The notes below the pieces were generated by a model, which saw nothing but the letters and a program-made list of their open reading frames with translations, ran no database searches and was not told the origin of the DNA. Source: Trichoplax sp. H2 (taxonomy: Eukaryota). From it: a stretch of DNA of 64,000 bases. The DNA lies in assembly GCA_003344405.1 (NCBI GenBank), contig NOWV01000219.1:1-64000 (forward strand). Direction: 5' to 3'. The translations under genes and the position numbers were made by a program. Shown in pieces: positions 25,340 to 37,137 of the stretch; the stretch's first letter is position 1; every line of letters starts with the position of its first letter.

Positions 25340-28300
25340 TTATATTTTAGTCTCTTCATCTAAATTTTTGGTCTCGGCGATGCGTAAGCTGGGTTGGTGT
25401 AAATTAAAGAGTTAATTTTACCATTAATGAGATTGAGTAAATGAAACTGAAATTGAAGTTAATTCCTTACCTATCTCTGTTTCTTCCAGTGACATCGTAC
25501 TATAATGATAATTTAAAAAACGTATTTGAGATAGATTAACACGCCTTTATATTCTTATAAAATATTTGCAATTAATATTTGTTAACTCAAATTGATCTAG
25601 TCAAAGCTTTCTTAAATCAATTTGCCTGAAATATCTCGAAATAGATTAAGGTTTAAAGCTGACCTTTAAGCTAGTAAAAATGCACAGTATGAAAAGGGTG
25701 ATACCCTATTGAGTAATAAACAGTGAAAAATGATTGTATTAGCTTTACTGTCATATATTAATTATTCTTATGAAGAAAAAACCCTAACCTGTAAGGCAAT
25801 TAAAACGTCAAATATGTAGAAAAATATTTCATCCAACTTCTGTCGATAGTTTAAACCCGTAATAATATAAGCTCCAAACATGGAAATCATCAGTATCAGT
25901 AACAGTATGATATGTTTTCTGAAAAGAGTAAGCATAAAAAAGTGCAGTCAAATACTAAATCTTCGAGATAAAGTAATAATAATACTAAATGTGTGATCAA
26001 CTATTAGGTGAATATCCTGCTTTGATTTATCTAATGCTATAATATTAACCATTATTTCATGCTGAACTTGGGACCGTATTGGCGAGATAAAATCAAAAGC
26101 ATTTATTAAAATTAGTATATTGGCTTACTTACGAAATATTTTTTCGGGTGTATTTCGTTGTACTGGCATAATATTTATAGATTGATACAAAGTATACGAC
26201 CAGGGCAACCTAGTTATGCACAATTTTGAATTTATTAGATATTTCTTTAATATTGTAAGGACTAAGAATTTAGCTTTATTTGATTGCAGACGACAAGAAA
26301 TCGCAACAACTGCTAGATTATCATTACAAAGGCAAAGACAGCCACCGGGACTAGAAAGGTTAGCGATAAGTTATTGTTGTTGCTCAACCAACATCTGTAA
26401 AAAAAGTCAAGTATTAAGCATCAATTAATAACTAGTTCTAATTATATTTTCTGTATAATTAGGATAAAGGTTTAGTTAGTAAGCTAGATCATTTGTATAA
26501 TTCGGTGAAAGCAATTAGGTATCCTAATTAATAGTGGTATCGCATAGTTGAGACTGCCTCATGGCTTTGGCTCTGGAAGTACTCTAATGGTATAATTTCT
26601 TCATTTGAAGGAGAACGAATGCGTATGATCAAATGTTAGGACTAATTTTAGAAAATTTTTGGCTTAGCTCCGAGATAGTTTGTAATTGGTTTACGTGGAA
26701 TACAGACAAGTAGTATTATCTGATTTTCAAGGAAAGATTTAATTTATCACAAAACAGCGCATTTCAAGAACGCATAGGCAGCTTGATATTTATAAGTAGA
26801 GTTTGTATGCAAATGTTTCACAATATAATTTATTCCAACTCACGTTTGCGGATTAACATAAATTCTTGAAAAAGCTCCTGCAATAGGTCCAACAATCATA
26901 CCAGGGATTCCTAAATTAGGTATAAATTTAATAACATGATTTCAGTGATATAGAAGGTGCTAATTTTCAAACCTATATACAGTTAAATCCGTTAATTTTT
27001 TTTAAGGTATTCTGGTTATCTTGCATTGTTATACAGTTTACGTTATTATATTTTTTAGTTTTATATAAAATGGCAATACTTATTTCTTTATTTAAACTCT
27101 AAACTAATTCATGATTTGGCTAGTAAAAAAGAATGCGACCGTTGGCATATTATTTAAAGAGATTTGATATTTGCATAATTGTATTTCAACTTTAGAATGG
27201 TAATTATATAATAAACTCTGATAAATGAGAAGCTTTGAAATTTAAAATGAATTATTGGTAACGATTTGTTTTGTGAAATTATTATGAAGCCTTAATTATA
27301 TATTAAAATTCAATGACAAACGTGATTGTTATTCAATGAATCTACGAGTAAGATATAGCGTAAATTAAATGATATTCAAGATAATAGCCTACTTTATAAT
27401 ATTCCACAAAAATTAGCATATTAAGCAATTTAGTAGCAAGAAATATTGTAATTTTTCAGATAGTACTATTTATTACCATAAAATATGATGTTATAATATA
27501 TACGCTATGGTTAGCTAATGGGATAGCTAAATCCCTTGAAAGTAATTTATAAGTCTAATAACAGCAGTTATTGTTTAACGATTTCTATCTAACAAATGAT
27601 CAAAGGCTTCATATGACGACCGAAAACTCCTCCATTTGTCGTGCTATAAAACATTTTAAGACCAAATGTAATTATAGCTGGTAATAGCTACACTTTAAAA
27701 ACTGTTAGCAAGGATTTATCAATTAGCTTATAAAGTAATATATTATAATTTCTAGTTTTAAAAGTTTAAAAGCACTTATGCATATGCTGTAGCCAATAAA
27801 TAATTGCATTACCGTAGGATAAGAGTACTAAACCCAGTTCATTCACTTTGGATTTAGCATTGATTACGCCATTCATATGAAAGTGGACTTCAACAATTGT
27901 CGCCATCGACGCAATCAAAGCGAGATCATGGGTGGTAATAGCAACAGGTAAGCAAAAACTTGCCCACTATATTAAGAATAATTTATAGATTCGATTAAAA
28001 CAATTATTTAAATTTCTACGCTGATTTTGTATGTTCTTTTATAGCGATAGCAAAAGAATTTTTTCTATCTTGGACTTACATTAACTTTAACATTAATAAG
28101 TTGCAGAAATGGGCCAACGATAATCAATATGCTGGCAGCGAATGTAGTAAAGCATAAGTTTATTGATGAAATACTTTTTCTTCCTCGGCTACGGCTTTTA
28201 TTGTGACATTTTCGATAAAATTAAAATTAAAAATTAAAGAAATTGCACGTTGATTTAATTAGTAAATAACATTAATGCAAAAATGAGTGTGATTGAATAG

Positions 28301-31300
28301 ATACCATAGAAAGTTGTGCAAGAAATATCTAGTTAATGATTAATATACGATTTGCAAAATTTGATTTATACATAACTTACATAGCTAAGACAATATGAAT
28401 AATGAGGGTGACTAAGCTACCACCAATGCCAACTGCAAAGCATGGGAATGTTGTCGGAAGTGTAAAGTAAATTGGAGAAATCTATATGGACGGGAAAATT
28501 GAATGAAAAGGCACTTAAATTCACCTTGAATGAACATGGCCATAATCGTAGTCATTATAAGCAGTTAACTAACACAAAGCAAAACATACATTTTATCATA
28601 CTCTACTTACAATTTGTTTTGGTTTAATATATAATAAACCATAAACACCAAATGCGTTGCAGTCACATCTGGATGTTTTAGGATTGGCCACATTATCTTT
28701 AACTCTTGAGCAAGTTTTGTTGTTCCATTTACCGCTGTCATATTCAATGATGGAATGAAAATTAGTCGTACGTACAATTACAAGCGATACAATTTTGAAA
28801 ATCTTCTACTGTATAACAAGGAAGATTCGCTAGAAATTTCCAGACAATTTCAGTAGAGATAGAGCATTAAGCTAAAGGTTATAGTTACTATGCCGTTGTA
28901 TAACTGAACAAAGCTAACAATTTACCAACGACCTATTGCATATACCAACAAATGTCATAATATTCCATAAATAAAATAAGGGCCGATGATTCATATATAG
29001 TGATGATGATATATTAAAATAAAGCATGTAGGCAACGATTTTACCGATAGTCTCTCGATAGACTAACACACTACGAAATTTTATGTTTAAGTGGATATGC
29101 CACAGTTATCAAACGAAATGGGTTAAAATTAGAGTAAACTTATAAAACTGTATTCATATAACTAGTGAAAATCTCATTTCGTAGCAATAGGATGTACAGA
29201 AACTGTACAAGCGTTTATTCTCTTACCTTGTGATATTGAAATATGCACAAATAATTGAAGTTGTACTGATTGTAACCTGTAATCAAAAAATCGATGATAA
29301 ATTTTAAGCAATACGAAGATTAAAGTATTTCTGGAATGTTATAATTGGAAAATTTACGTTAGTTTGGAAGTGTTGATAGTTGATGTAGATATTGCTGAGA
29401 GTTGTATTAGAGATTTTGGGTAAGGTAGTCGCTGATACTACTTCCGATAGCATGGCTAGTTCATTCTCGGCACTTAATTGTATGCTGTTAGGGATACGCG
29501 TATGATTATGTAGCGATAGAAAGAAATAAGGTTACTTTATAATATGATCAATGGTATAATAGAGCATGTTCCAATATTCATTTATAATCTACTTCAAAGC
29601 TAATTTATGATTCAATGCTTGTTTACCTGGAATCAAGATCAGTACGAACTACTGGCCATAGATTTTGTAATGAAGAAAATTTAGAGGCGGCTACTTTAGT
29701 GATTTTTATAACTGGAATGATAAAAAGTGGACAATGCTATTAATTTTCAACTGGTAACTTTACATATGAAAATAGAAAACTTTCATCGGCAATGATTTTA
29801 CTGCCCGATCAATAGTTAAGCAAATGATAATTATGCATCATTGCATGCTAGAACAATTTAACGAATAGGCTAATTTATCGGAGATCCTATCTATGGCTGG
29901 TTTCTACTAATGAATAAATACAAACCATTATTAGCAGCAAATAAGTTATCGTTGAAACTTAAGCTGGTAGTGGTTAAGAATTGAGTTGTACTTGAAGCAT
30001 ACGGTATAGTTATGACGGAAGTATTAGCATTGGTTGATTGAATGTATGAATCTGAAGCAGCATATGATTAAAAAGTGTTACAATTAGATTTAGGCATACA
30101 TACGGCTATATAAAGCACTAAAATATTGATTCCATGAAGTACATAAAATAGTATTTGTTGTATTTTTATCCGTGTTCTTACGATAGGTATTCTTATTTAT
30201 GGCTAAAGATTGGCCAGAAAAGTTAGTTTTAAGTCCAATATCGTTTAAACTCTGAATTAAGGTGGCGAGCCTTGCGCTATTCTGCAAAATTAAAAATGAA
30301 CATTACATTAGAAATTTCTTATTTATTTCTTTAGCTATTGCTGCGTAGTTATTTATAGCTTAATAACGTTATTGCGTTTCGCTCATAGATTCGATTCACT
30401 CAAAATGGCAAGGATAGACAGCATCTCTAGCGACTTACTGCTTGCTTAGTGATATAGCTCCATCCATTAGCATTGTCAGCGTTTATGATATTTTGAACAG
30501 CTGTAGCTATGGACTAGACAAAATTTGAATGTTATATCGTATAACAGAATTTCTAAAGCTACACATTTAATTTATTTTTTTATAAACTTACCATTGATTG
30601 GGTTGCACTGTAATTTGTCGCTAGAGACGATAGCCCCTGTATAATATTGGTTGCTGTATTTAAATCTCCAGTTAATAAGGGCATCGCCTTTGTATAGGTT
30701 AGTGCTGGCCCTAGACTATTAATAATTTGATTTATTGCGCTTGCTCGAATTGAACTGGATGAATTCTAGTTTAAAAATAAAATAAAATTTATCTCGTGTG
30801 ACATAAATATCTTCGAATAAAAGTCCTAAACATCGTAATGCTAGAAAGATTAATATCGTAGGAATAATAAACGTTATCATGATTAATATCAAAGTTATAG
30901 CATAAATTTGAGAGAGTACTATAAAATTGCCAATGTAATGATCTATTAATTATTTACTAGCTACAGCTTCCTGAAAATGTATTCATGTAAAAGAATGACT
31001 ATATAGTAGTTTTCACATTATACGTTGAAGAAAATGAATGAATGCTACTGACATAGTTATCCATTTTAAACCAAAACAAAGGTGCTATACAGTACCTTAA
31101 TCCAGGAGTTTAGGAGCATAAGCTGTCCTCTAATACAGTTTAAAAAATTAGGTTCCTCCCATCCATGTGAATTATTACCGAAATAAATACAGCGACGTGT
31201 AGCGGTACCTTGTCAACATAAAAAAGTGATCTGTTATGTGAGATTAAAGGATTACAATTTCAATCCTTTTAAGAAATAGCTTACAAATACATTTAATTGT

Positions 31301-33306
31301 CTGACATTAGGGCCAGCATAACATACCGATTGCTTGATACGGGCACTTTTGTGAAGTTGTAGAGGTTGGACGAGAGATTTGCCATACTACATCCTTATAA
31401 TTGTCGCTTTGACAAATGGAAGAACCTATTAGGGTAATACAATATTTAATATCACCAAAGGTTGGATATTGAAACAAATTATCGATTGGCTTATCATGCA
31501 CTATTATTTAATGACTACTCTGACATGCAGAAAAATTTTATAGGCTATAATAAGAATCTTTTTCAGAATTATAAGTAATTGTAGATTAATACGTTATAAA
31601 GTATGATGTAAGTTTGCAGCTCGCATGCTTGCAATTGTGGTAGAGATAAGTAGAGAAGTAGACATTTTTAGTGTTATAAATGAAGAGAAATTTACTCTAG
31701 TACAAGATATAAATACTCCGGATGAGACATACGACTTTCCAGACTATATATGATTACAAATCATAAATCAAAGCTAAAAATTTGCCTAGAATATCTATTT
31801 CATTAGGATACTTTGATTTTGATATCAGAGTACTTGTTATTTTCAAACATAAAGTTTATTAAATTCTACTGACCTTGAGCAATGACTGTAATATTAATTT
31901 GAGCAGATGTAGAACCGATTTTGTTAGCTGCTATACATTTAGCTATCTGATACGGACTTGGATATGCGATACTTAAAAGTTTAAGTTCTGAAGATGTTGG
32001 CGCATTCACAATGGACAACGAAGAATTTGCTATTATCATGTAAAAATGCTCGCTATTAGTTGTCGCTATATGTGAAAATACTCTATTAAACCTGAAGATT
32101 TTCCCCAGTTTTACGTATAAACTCATTCTATTACCTGATACAGTTTTATCGTCAATTACCCAAGTAAAATTGACTGTTGTTGAAACATCGCCCATTCCAT
32201 TATTCGTAGTTATAAGGAAACAATTTATAGCAATGTTACTTCCTTGTAAACCATTTGCACCAAATACTTGAATGACTGGAGCAATTTCTAGTCCTACCAA
32301 TAGTTCATATCACAATTATTGACATACAGTTATTCTTAATGAAATGATAGACTACCTTTTATTGTGCCCAGTAGTCTAATAAGTCGGTATCTATTTGATG
32401 GACTTACTTTTATCGCAGTATTGGCCCGTGTAATTCGGATCGCAAGAGCAACTCTTAATGCCTGACTGCGAGGTCACGTTGTTGCCATTACAGCATACAT
32501 TTGCTGGGCAAGAGGCTAATAATCATAAAATGTTTGGCGGGAAGTTATTCAAATTGTAAATTCGTTTTGGTGAAACATTTTTCAGTAATGAATAGATTCA
32601 AAAAAAATAATTTACAACTAGCGGAATCCTATTCGCTTCTATTGAAAACTCTTACTATGATACAGAACAGACTATAAACTGATTGCAGCTATTTTCGTTA
32701 AAAAGGGCATGGTTTTAAAAAGATTTAGAAGCTGATATTCAATGAGTAAAGGTCTCCTCCATTTATTAATGATTATGGATGGTTATTGTTGTATCTAAAT
32801 TGTAATTGCACATCAATTCTTAAACTTTAACTATCATTAAGTGATATTTATAGCTAAAAGTACAAATTTTGCTCTTGTCTTTTCCATAAATCAACTAAAT
32901 TACGTTGTATTCTCTTCAAGAAAAAATAATCAGTCATAATTTGTTGCAAAAATCCATTTGAATCGTACTTTAAACAATATTACCTACTCGTTTAACTACA
33001 TACTTACCACATTTGACATCATAGATTAAGGCAGACTAAAATATAAAAGCAAGAAAGATTAGCTTCATTACCATGGCCAATAAAGATGATCATAATCAAT
33101 TTAATGGTTGACAACATTAGTATCCCAGCTAAGTGCGACAAACCATTTTACTTTTCTAATTTATACCGACGGTAGCAATTGCTCATCAATCTTATAACAT
33201 CGAGCATGGAAAAGATCAATTAAGCGATAAATAACATCTACCTGTCGGTTCGACTTACCAGTATAGCAAAGCATAGAAAATGCTTGATTAAGCCACTACT
33301 TTTCAT
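25340..33306 (-). CDS. Adhesion-class GPCR: signal peptide, EGF-like, Ig, hormone-receptor (HormR), GAIN/GPS, 7TM; ~25 exons
   Basis: Signal peptide MKSSGLIKHFLCFAIL|SALIYDVKC (33259-33306, 33008-33035). EGF CPANVCCNG...CSCDPNYTGQYC (32408-32515). Ig INC...FTW...AKCIAANKIGS. HormR CQSD..VVW...KCP...ATRRC...WEEPNFLNC. GAIN LLTGDL, SEVVSAT. GPS CAYF...KWNNKTC...RCDCN. Seven hydrophobic helices with INLC, SYGIP, TCWL and ALQGITLF motifs. Predicted C-terminus EETKI*. Confidence 0.9.
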
Positions 33307-33859
33307 AATTTTCAACTCCTTTTCCTTGGCTGTATCAATCGCTATGACAGAAGATAATCAGACTATAAGTAAAGCTTAGCTTTACCTTCTCCTATCGCAA
33401 CGATTAATTTCTATTTATCATTTCTGGAAAAATGGCAAAACTATTTACAGTTACCTTGAATGAAAATAATGCTCCCGTAATCGATGAACTTTGAGTCCTA
33501 TCTTCACAACGGCGACTAGTATTAATTGACTGCCAGGCAAGCCAGTTTATATGCTTGGGCGTCAGCAATTTTCCAAGTGATTTAAGTCTATTCATAACCT
33601 TGACTAGTGGTGTAGAAACGAGCCTGCAATCATCCGCGAGACAATACTGGGCGTTTTCAATATTGATTATTATGAGGCATAACGCTCAGTGTTATCTATC
33701 ATCTTGAATTACTTTCGTTGATTTCGTCGATGACGTCATAACGTCTTGAATGCAAGGGCATAATAGATAAGTAATAACAAAGGGCATTATCTAACGGCAT
33801 CCATTAGTTTATTTTAATATAGCAGTAAATAAAATTTCTGCTATATACAGTAGTTTATC

Positions 33860-35090
33860 AAGGCACCATTGACGAGAAATCTTGCTATAAACTGTATTGT
33901 ATGTGGGTGAAAAGCTGATCAAGCATGAATGGATTACTATAAGCATTATGATGTTGTTACCGCATTTATTTAAAAATCCGCCATTTTAAAAAATCACTAG
34001 GCATTTTGTAAAATGACAGATTTTTAAGAATGACGGTAACAATTTTATAGGATAGTGAAGACTGTTTAAAAACTCGTCCATAGTGCACTTATAGATCGTA
34101 AAGACATCCGTGATGAAAGAATATTTACTTCAAACTGTATTGTGTGAAAAACTAATCATGCATGAATGAATTGATCTGGAAGCCATGATATTACAGAGCT
34201 ATAAAATAGGGTTTAAAAGACTCACGGATATTGCAGTTATAGACTATAGAGGCATCAGTGATGAGAAATCTTGCTGTTGATTGTATTAAGAGTGAAAAAC
34301 TGATCAAGTATGAATGGATTACTACAGGAGTCGTGATATTATACGAGAGTAAAGAAAAGACTAGTTAAGACTCCGGCATATTGCAATTATAGGTCGTAAA
34401 GGCATCAGTGGTCAGGAATCTGGCTGTAAACTGTATTTGTATTTACATGAAAAACTGAGCAAGCATGAGTGGATTACAATAGGAGTCGCAATATTAACGA
34501 CAATTGCGAAATTATGATGTAATAAGGAAGTAAAGTAAAAACTTTAACGACTCATCGATATTGCTGTTTGAGGTCAATACTGTAGATCCAATCACCAAAA
34601 TCACCCGTATGCTTTATCTTTCGCTTAATTCGGCAATAAATAGAATTTCTACTATGGGTCACAAAAGTATCATTATGAGAAATTTGCAACAGACTTCATT
34701 GTACATGTGTGGTTAACTAAAACAGCATGAATGGATAGCACTGCGAGTTGTTATGATAGCGGAGTAAAGTAAAGATTTTCTTAAAGATGTACAAAGATAT
34801 TGCTGTTACGGTCTAACTTACATATCTATATTATAGATTCATCCACCAAAAGCTTTGCACAAATAGGGTTGTACTATGGACCATAAAGGTATCAGCGATG
34901 AGAAATCGTGCTGCAGATTGTACTTATTTTATGTGTGTGAAAAGCCAATCGAGCGTGAATTGACTAATATAGAAGTCGTGGTATTATAGGGAGTAAAAAC
35001 CAAGCTCTAAAAAGAGCTTAGTGATATTGCGCTTAGAAGCCATTACTGTAGATTTAGCCACTAAAATCATCCGTACGCGCTATCTTTCGT
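33860..35090. repeat. Degenerate tandem array, six copies of a ~150-bp core, upstream of the adhesion GPCR
   Basis: Core AGGCATCAGTGATGAGAAATCTTGCTG...GTGAAAAACTGATCAAGCATGAATGGATTACT starts at about 33861, 34101, 34250, 34400, 34665 and 34886. Confidence 0.85.
33954..34042. mobile_element. 89-bp imperfect palindrome (MITE-like) inserted in the first array unit
   Basis: TTGTTACCG.CATT..TTAAAAATCCGCCATTTTAAAAAAT is the near reverse complement of ATTTTGTAAAATGACAGATTTTTAAGAATGACGGTAACAA. Its length matches the ~90-bp excess spacing of unit 1 (240 vs 150). Confidence 0.55.
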
Positions 35091-35793
35091 TAGATTTTTT
35101 GTATTCATTAAGTACGATGCTCTACTTTATTTCTGGCTGGAAATGAGAGTTACTTTATGGTGTTGCTACATTAATGTTTAGTCGATTTATATAAGGCAAT
35201 ATACAATTAGAATGGGCTCGATGACAATATTAAAAGTTAATTGCTTATGATACACCGCACTTGATCTTAATCGTAGATGATTCTTAGCGTATATTGACAG
35301 AATTATATTTGTGATCAGATTTAGTAAGTAAACTCTGACTACATATTTATAGCTTAACAATACAACCTACCAGCAATAAGATAATAAAGAAAGTAAATAA
35401 ATTATTTACTGTGTCAGAAAAATTCGCATTATCGATCGGTATCATTTCTATTTATATCTGAAATTCACCGCATTCTATCTAAGTTTGTACTTTATTCAGC
35501 TGATTCCATAAATTACGATGTTTAAGAAAATCTTGAGATCTATAAAAATAATTAAAACTAGTTGATCAAATTTTGATGTATGTTAAGACTGATTATTATA
35601 TTATGATGATATATCAATATCATATTACATCTCTGTAGTCTGGTCACTTCATATCTGTGATGAAGTCAATAATTTCATTAAATTATTTCTAACTAGACGT
35701 GGCAAATGAATATGAGACTCACTATTATTAGGTGATAATGGAAATTATGTGCGAGTGTGAAAGTATTAATGAANNNNNNNNNNNNNNNNNNNN

Positions 35794-35946
35794 TTTTTGT
35801 TTTGAAATAAATTGTTGTTCGGTTATTTCCCCAAATTTTATTTGGTGTCAAAGTATTAGCGTTAAGTCGACCGGAGTGCAACGAAAGTAGAATCAAAGTT
35901 TGTTAAAGTTTCGTAGCTTGATCTCTACACATTTCATTTCATTACA
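35794..35946. mobile_element. Second copy of the element terminus seen at 479-621, polymorphic insertion
   Basis: Near-identical to 479-621. It directly abuts 35947-36098, which duplicates 35622-35773 (the empty allele, one SNP) across the N gap. Confidence 0.7.
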
Positions 35947-37137
35947 ATATTACATCTCTGTAGTCTGGTCACTTCATATCTGCGATGAAGTCAATAATTT
36001 CATTAAATTATTTCTAACTAGACGTGGCAAATGAATATGAGACTCACTATTATTAGGTGATAATGGAAATTATGTGCGAGTGTGAAAGTATTAATGAACT
36101 GATGATAGATTATTTTAATGCCTGACTAACAATTAGTTATGATAGGCTAATGATGGCTATCTTACAATGACGTCGTCATGTAGCAACTATTTCTAAGAAA
36201 TTAGATGAGCTAGTACGGGAAATTTCATAATTAATATGTATAGAAATCTTAGCTCAATTTTAGATGACTAGTATGAAGAGAAATATTTACTGGATTATGA
36301 GAGTTTATCAGTTGTTATTTTGAAATCGATATAAATAACGTAGATATATGAGATAGCAGATTAAGAAAAGGAAAACAGATATAGAAGCAGTGATCTGTTA
36401 CTGGTTGTCTATTTCCATTTTATCTAATACTTCGCAACCCTATTTACTGTATGTAATAAACAATACTATACTGGAATTCCAAGGAAGGTTATTTATTATG
36501 TAAAAAGAAGAAGGACAGTATTTTAGAAGAGAGCATTACAACCCGAATATTTATTATTATTTCCATAGTTTCAGAAAACGTCCGATACTTCTTTTATGCA
36601 AGCGCACATATCGAGACTGAATAATAATATCTGCTAACATCACCCTATCTGACATAAATATCATAATATTTCAATTTTACCATTATTTCCATTATTTTAA
36701 GAAGTTATGCTGATGTATATGAACTAGAACGAATGCGAAATCGGTCATTTTGCAAAATGTCTTCGTTCATATATATCGAGACTGAAGTGTAATATTTATT
36801 AAGGTCAGGGTGACAGTATGCTGTATGCAAAGGAGAACATGAGCTAAGTCTCGAAAATTGATAAAAAACAGTCTACCAGAACTATCAAATCATCAATGTA
36901 GCTTCAATACGTATGCAGACTATTTATCATTCGTTCCAAATAGTTTAATGCCTATAGATGATAAATGACGCACAATGACAACTTTATATTACAAAGTAGC
37001 TTGATTTGTATGAATAAAATCTTATCTGTAGTAAAGTACGGAATCATCAAGACAATCAAATACCAGTATCAAGAAATCCCTCTAACTATAATTCTGATAA
37101 ATTTTAATTATATAAGAAGCAAATAATAGGTCAAATT

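Noticed and set aside
33008..33074. Apparent signal peptide MVMKLIFLAFIF* with a nonsense codon, suggesting the adhesion GPCR is a pseudogene
   Set aside because: The TAG is a splice acceptor (branch point plus pyrimidine tract) of a 28-nt exon; the real start exon is 33259-33306 and is in phase.
34250..34310. Box C (GTGATGA) and box D (CTGA) motifs suggesting a snoRNA cluster
   Set aside because: Only one of six units keeps both boxes intact, and no rRNA guide was recognised.
33860..35090. CRISPR-like interpretation of the repeat array
   Set aside because: Units are long and degenerate with no unique spacers or cas genes; the context is eukaryotic.
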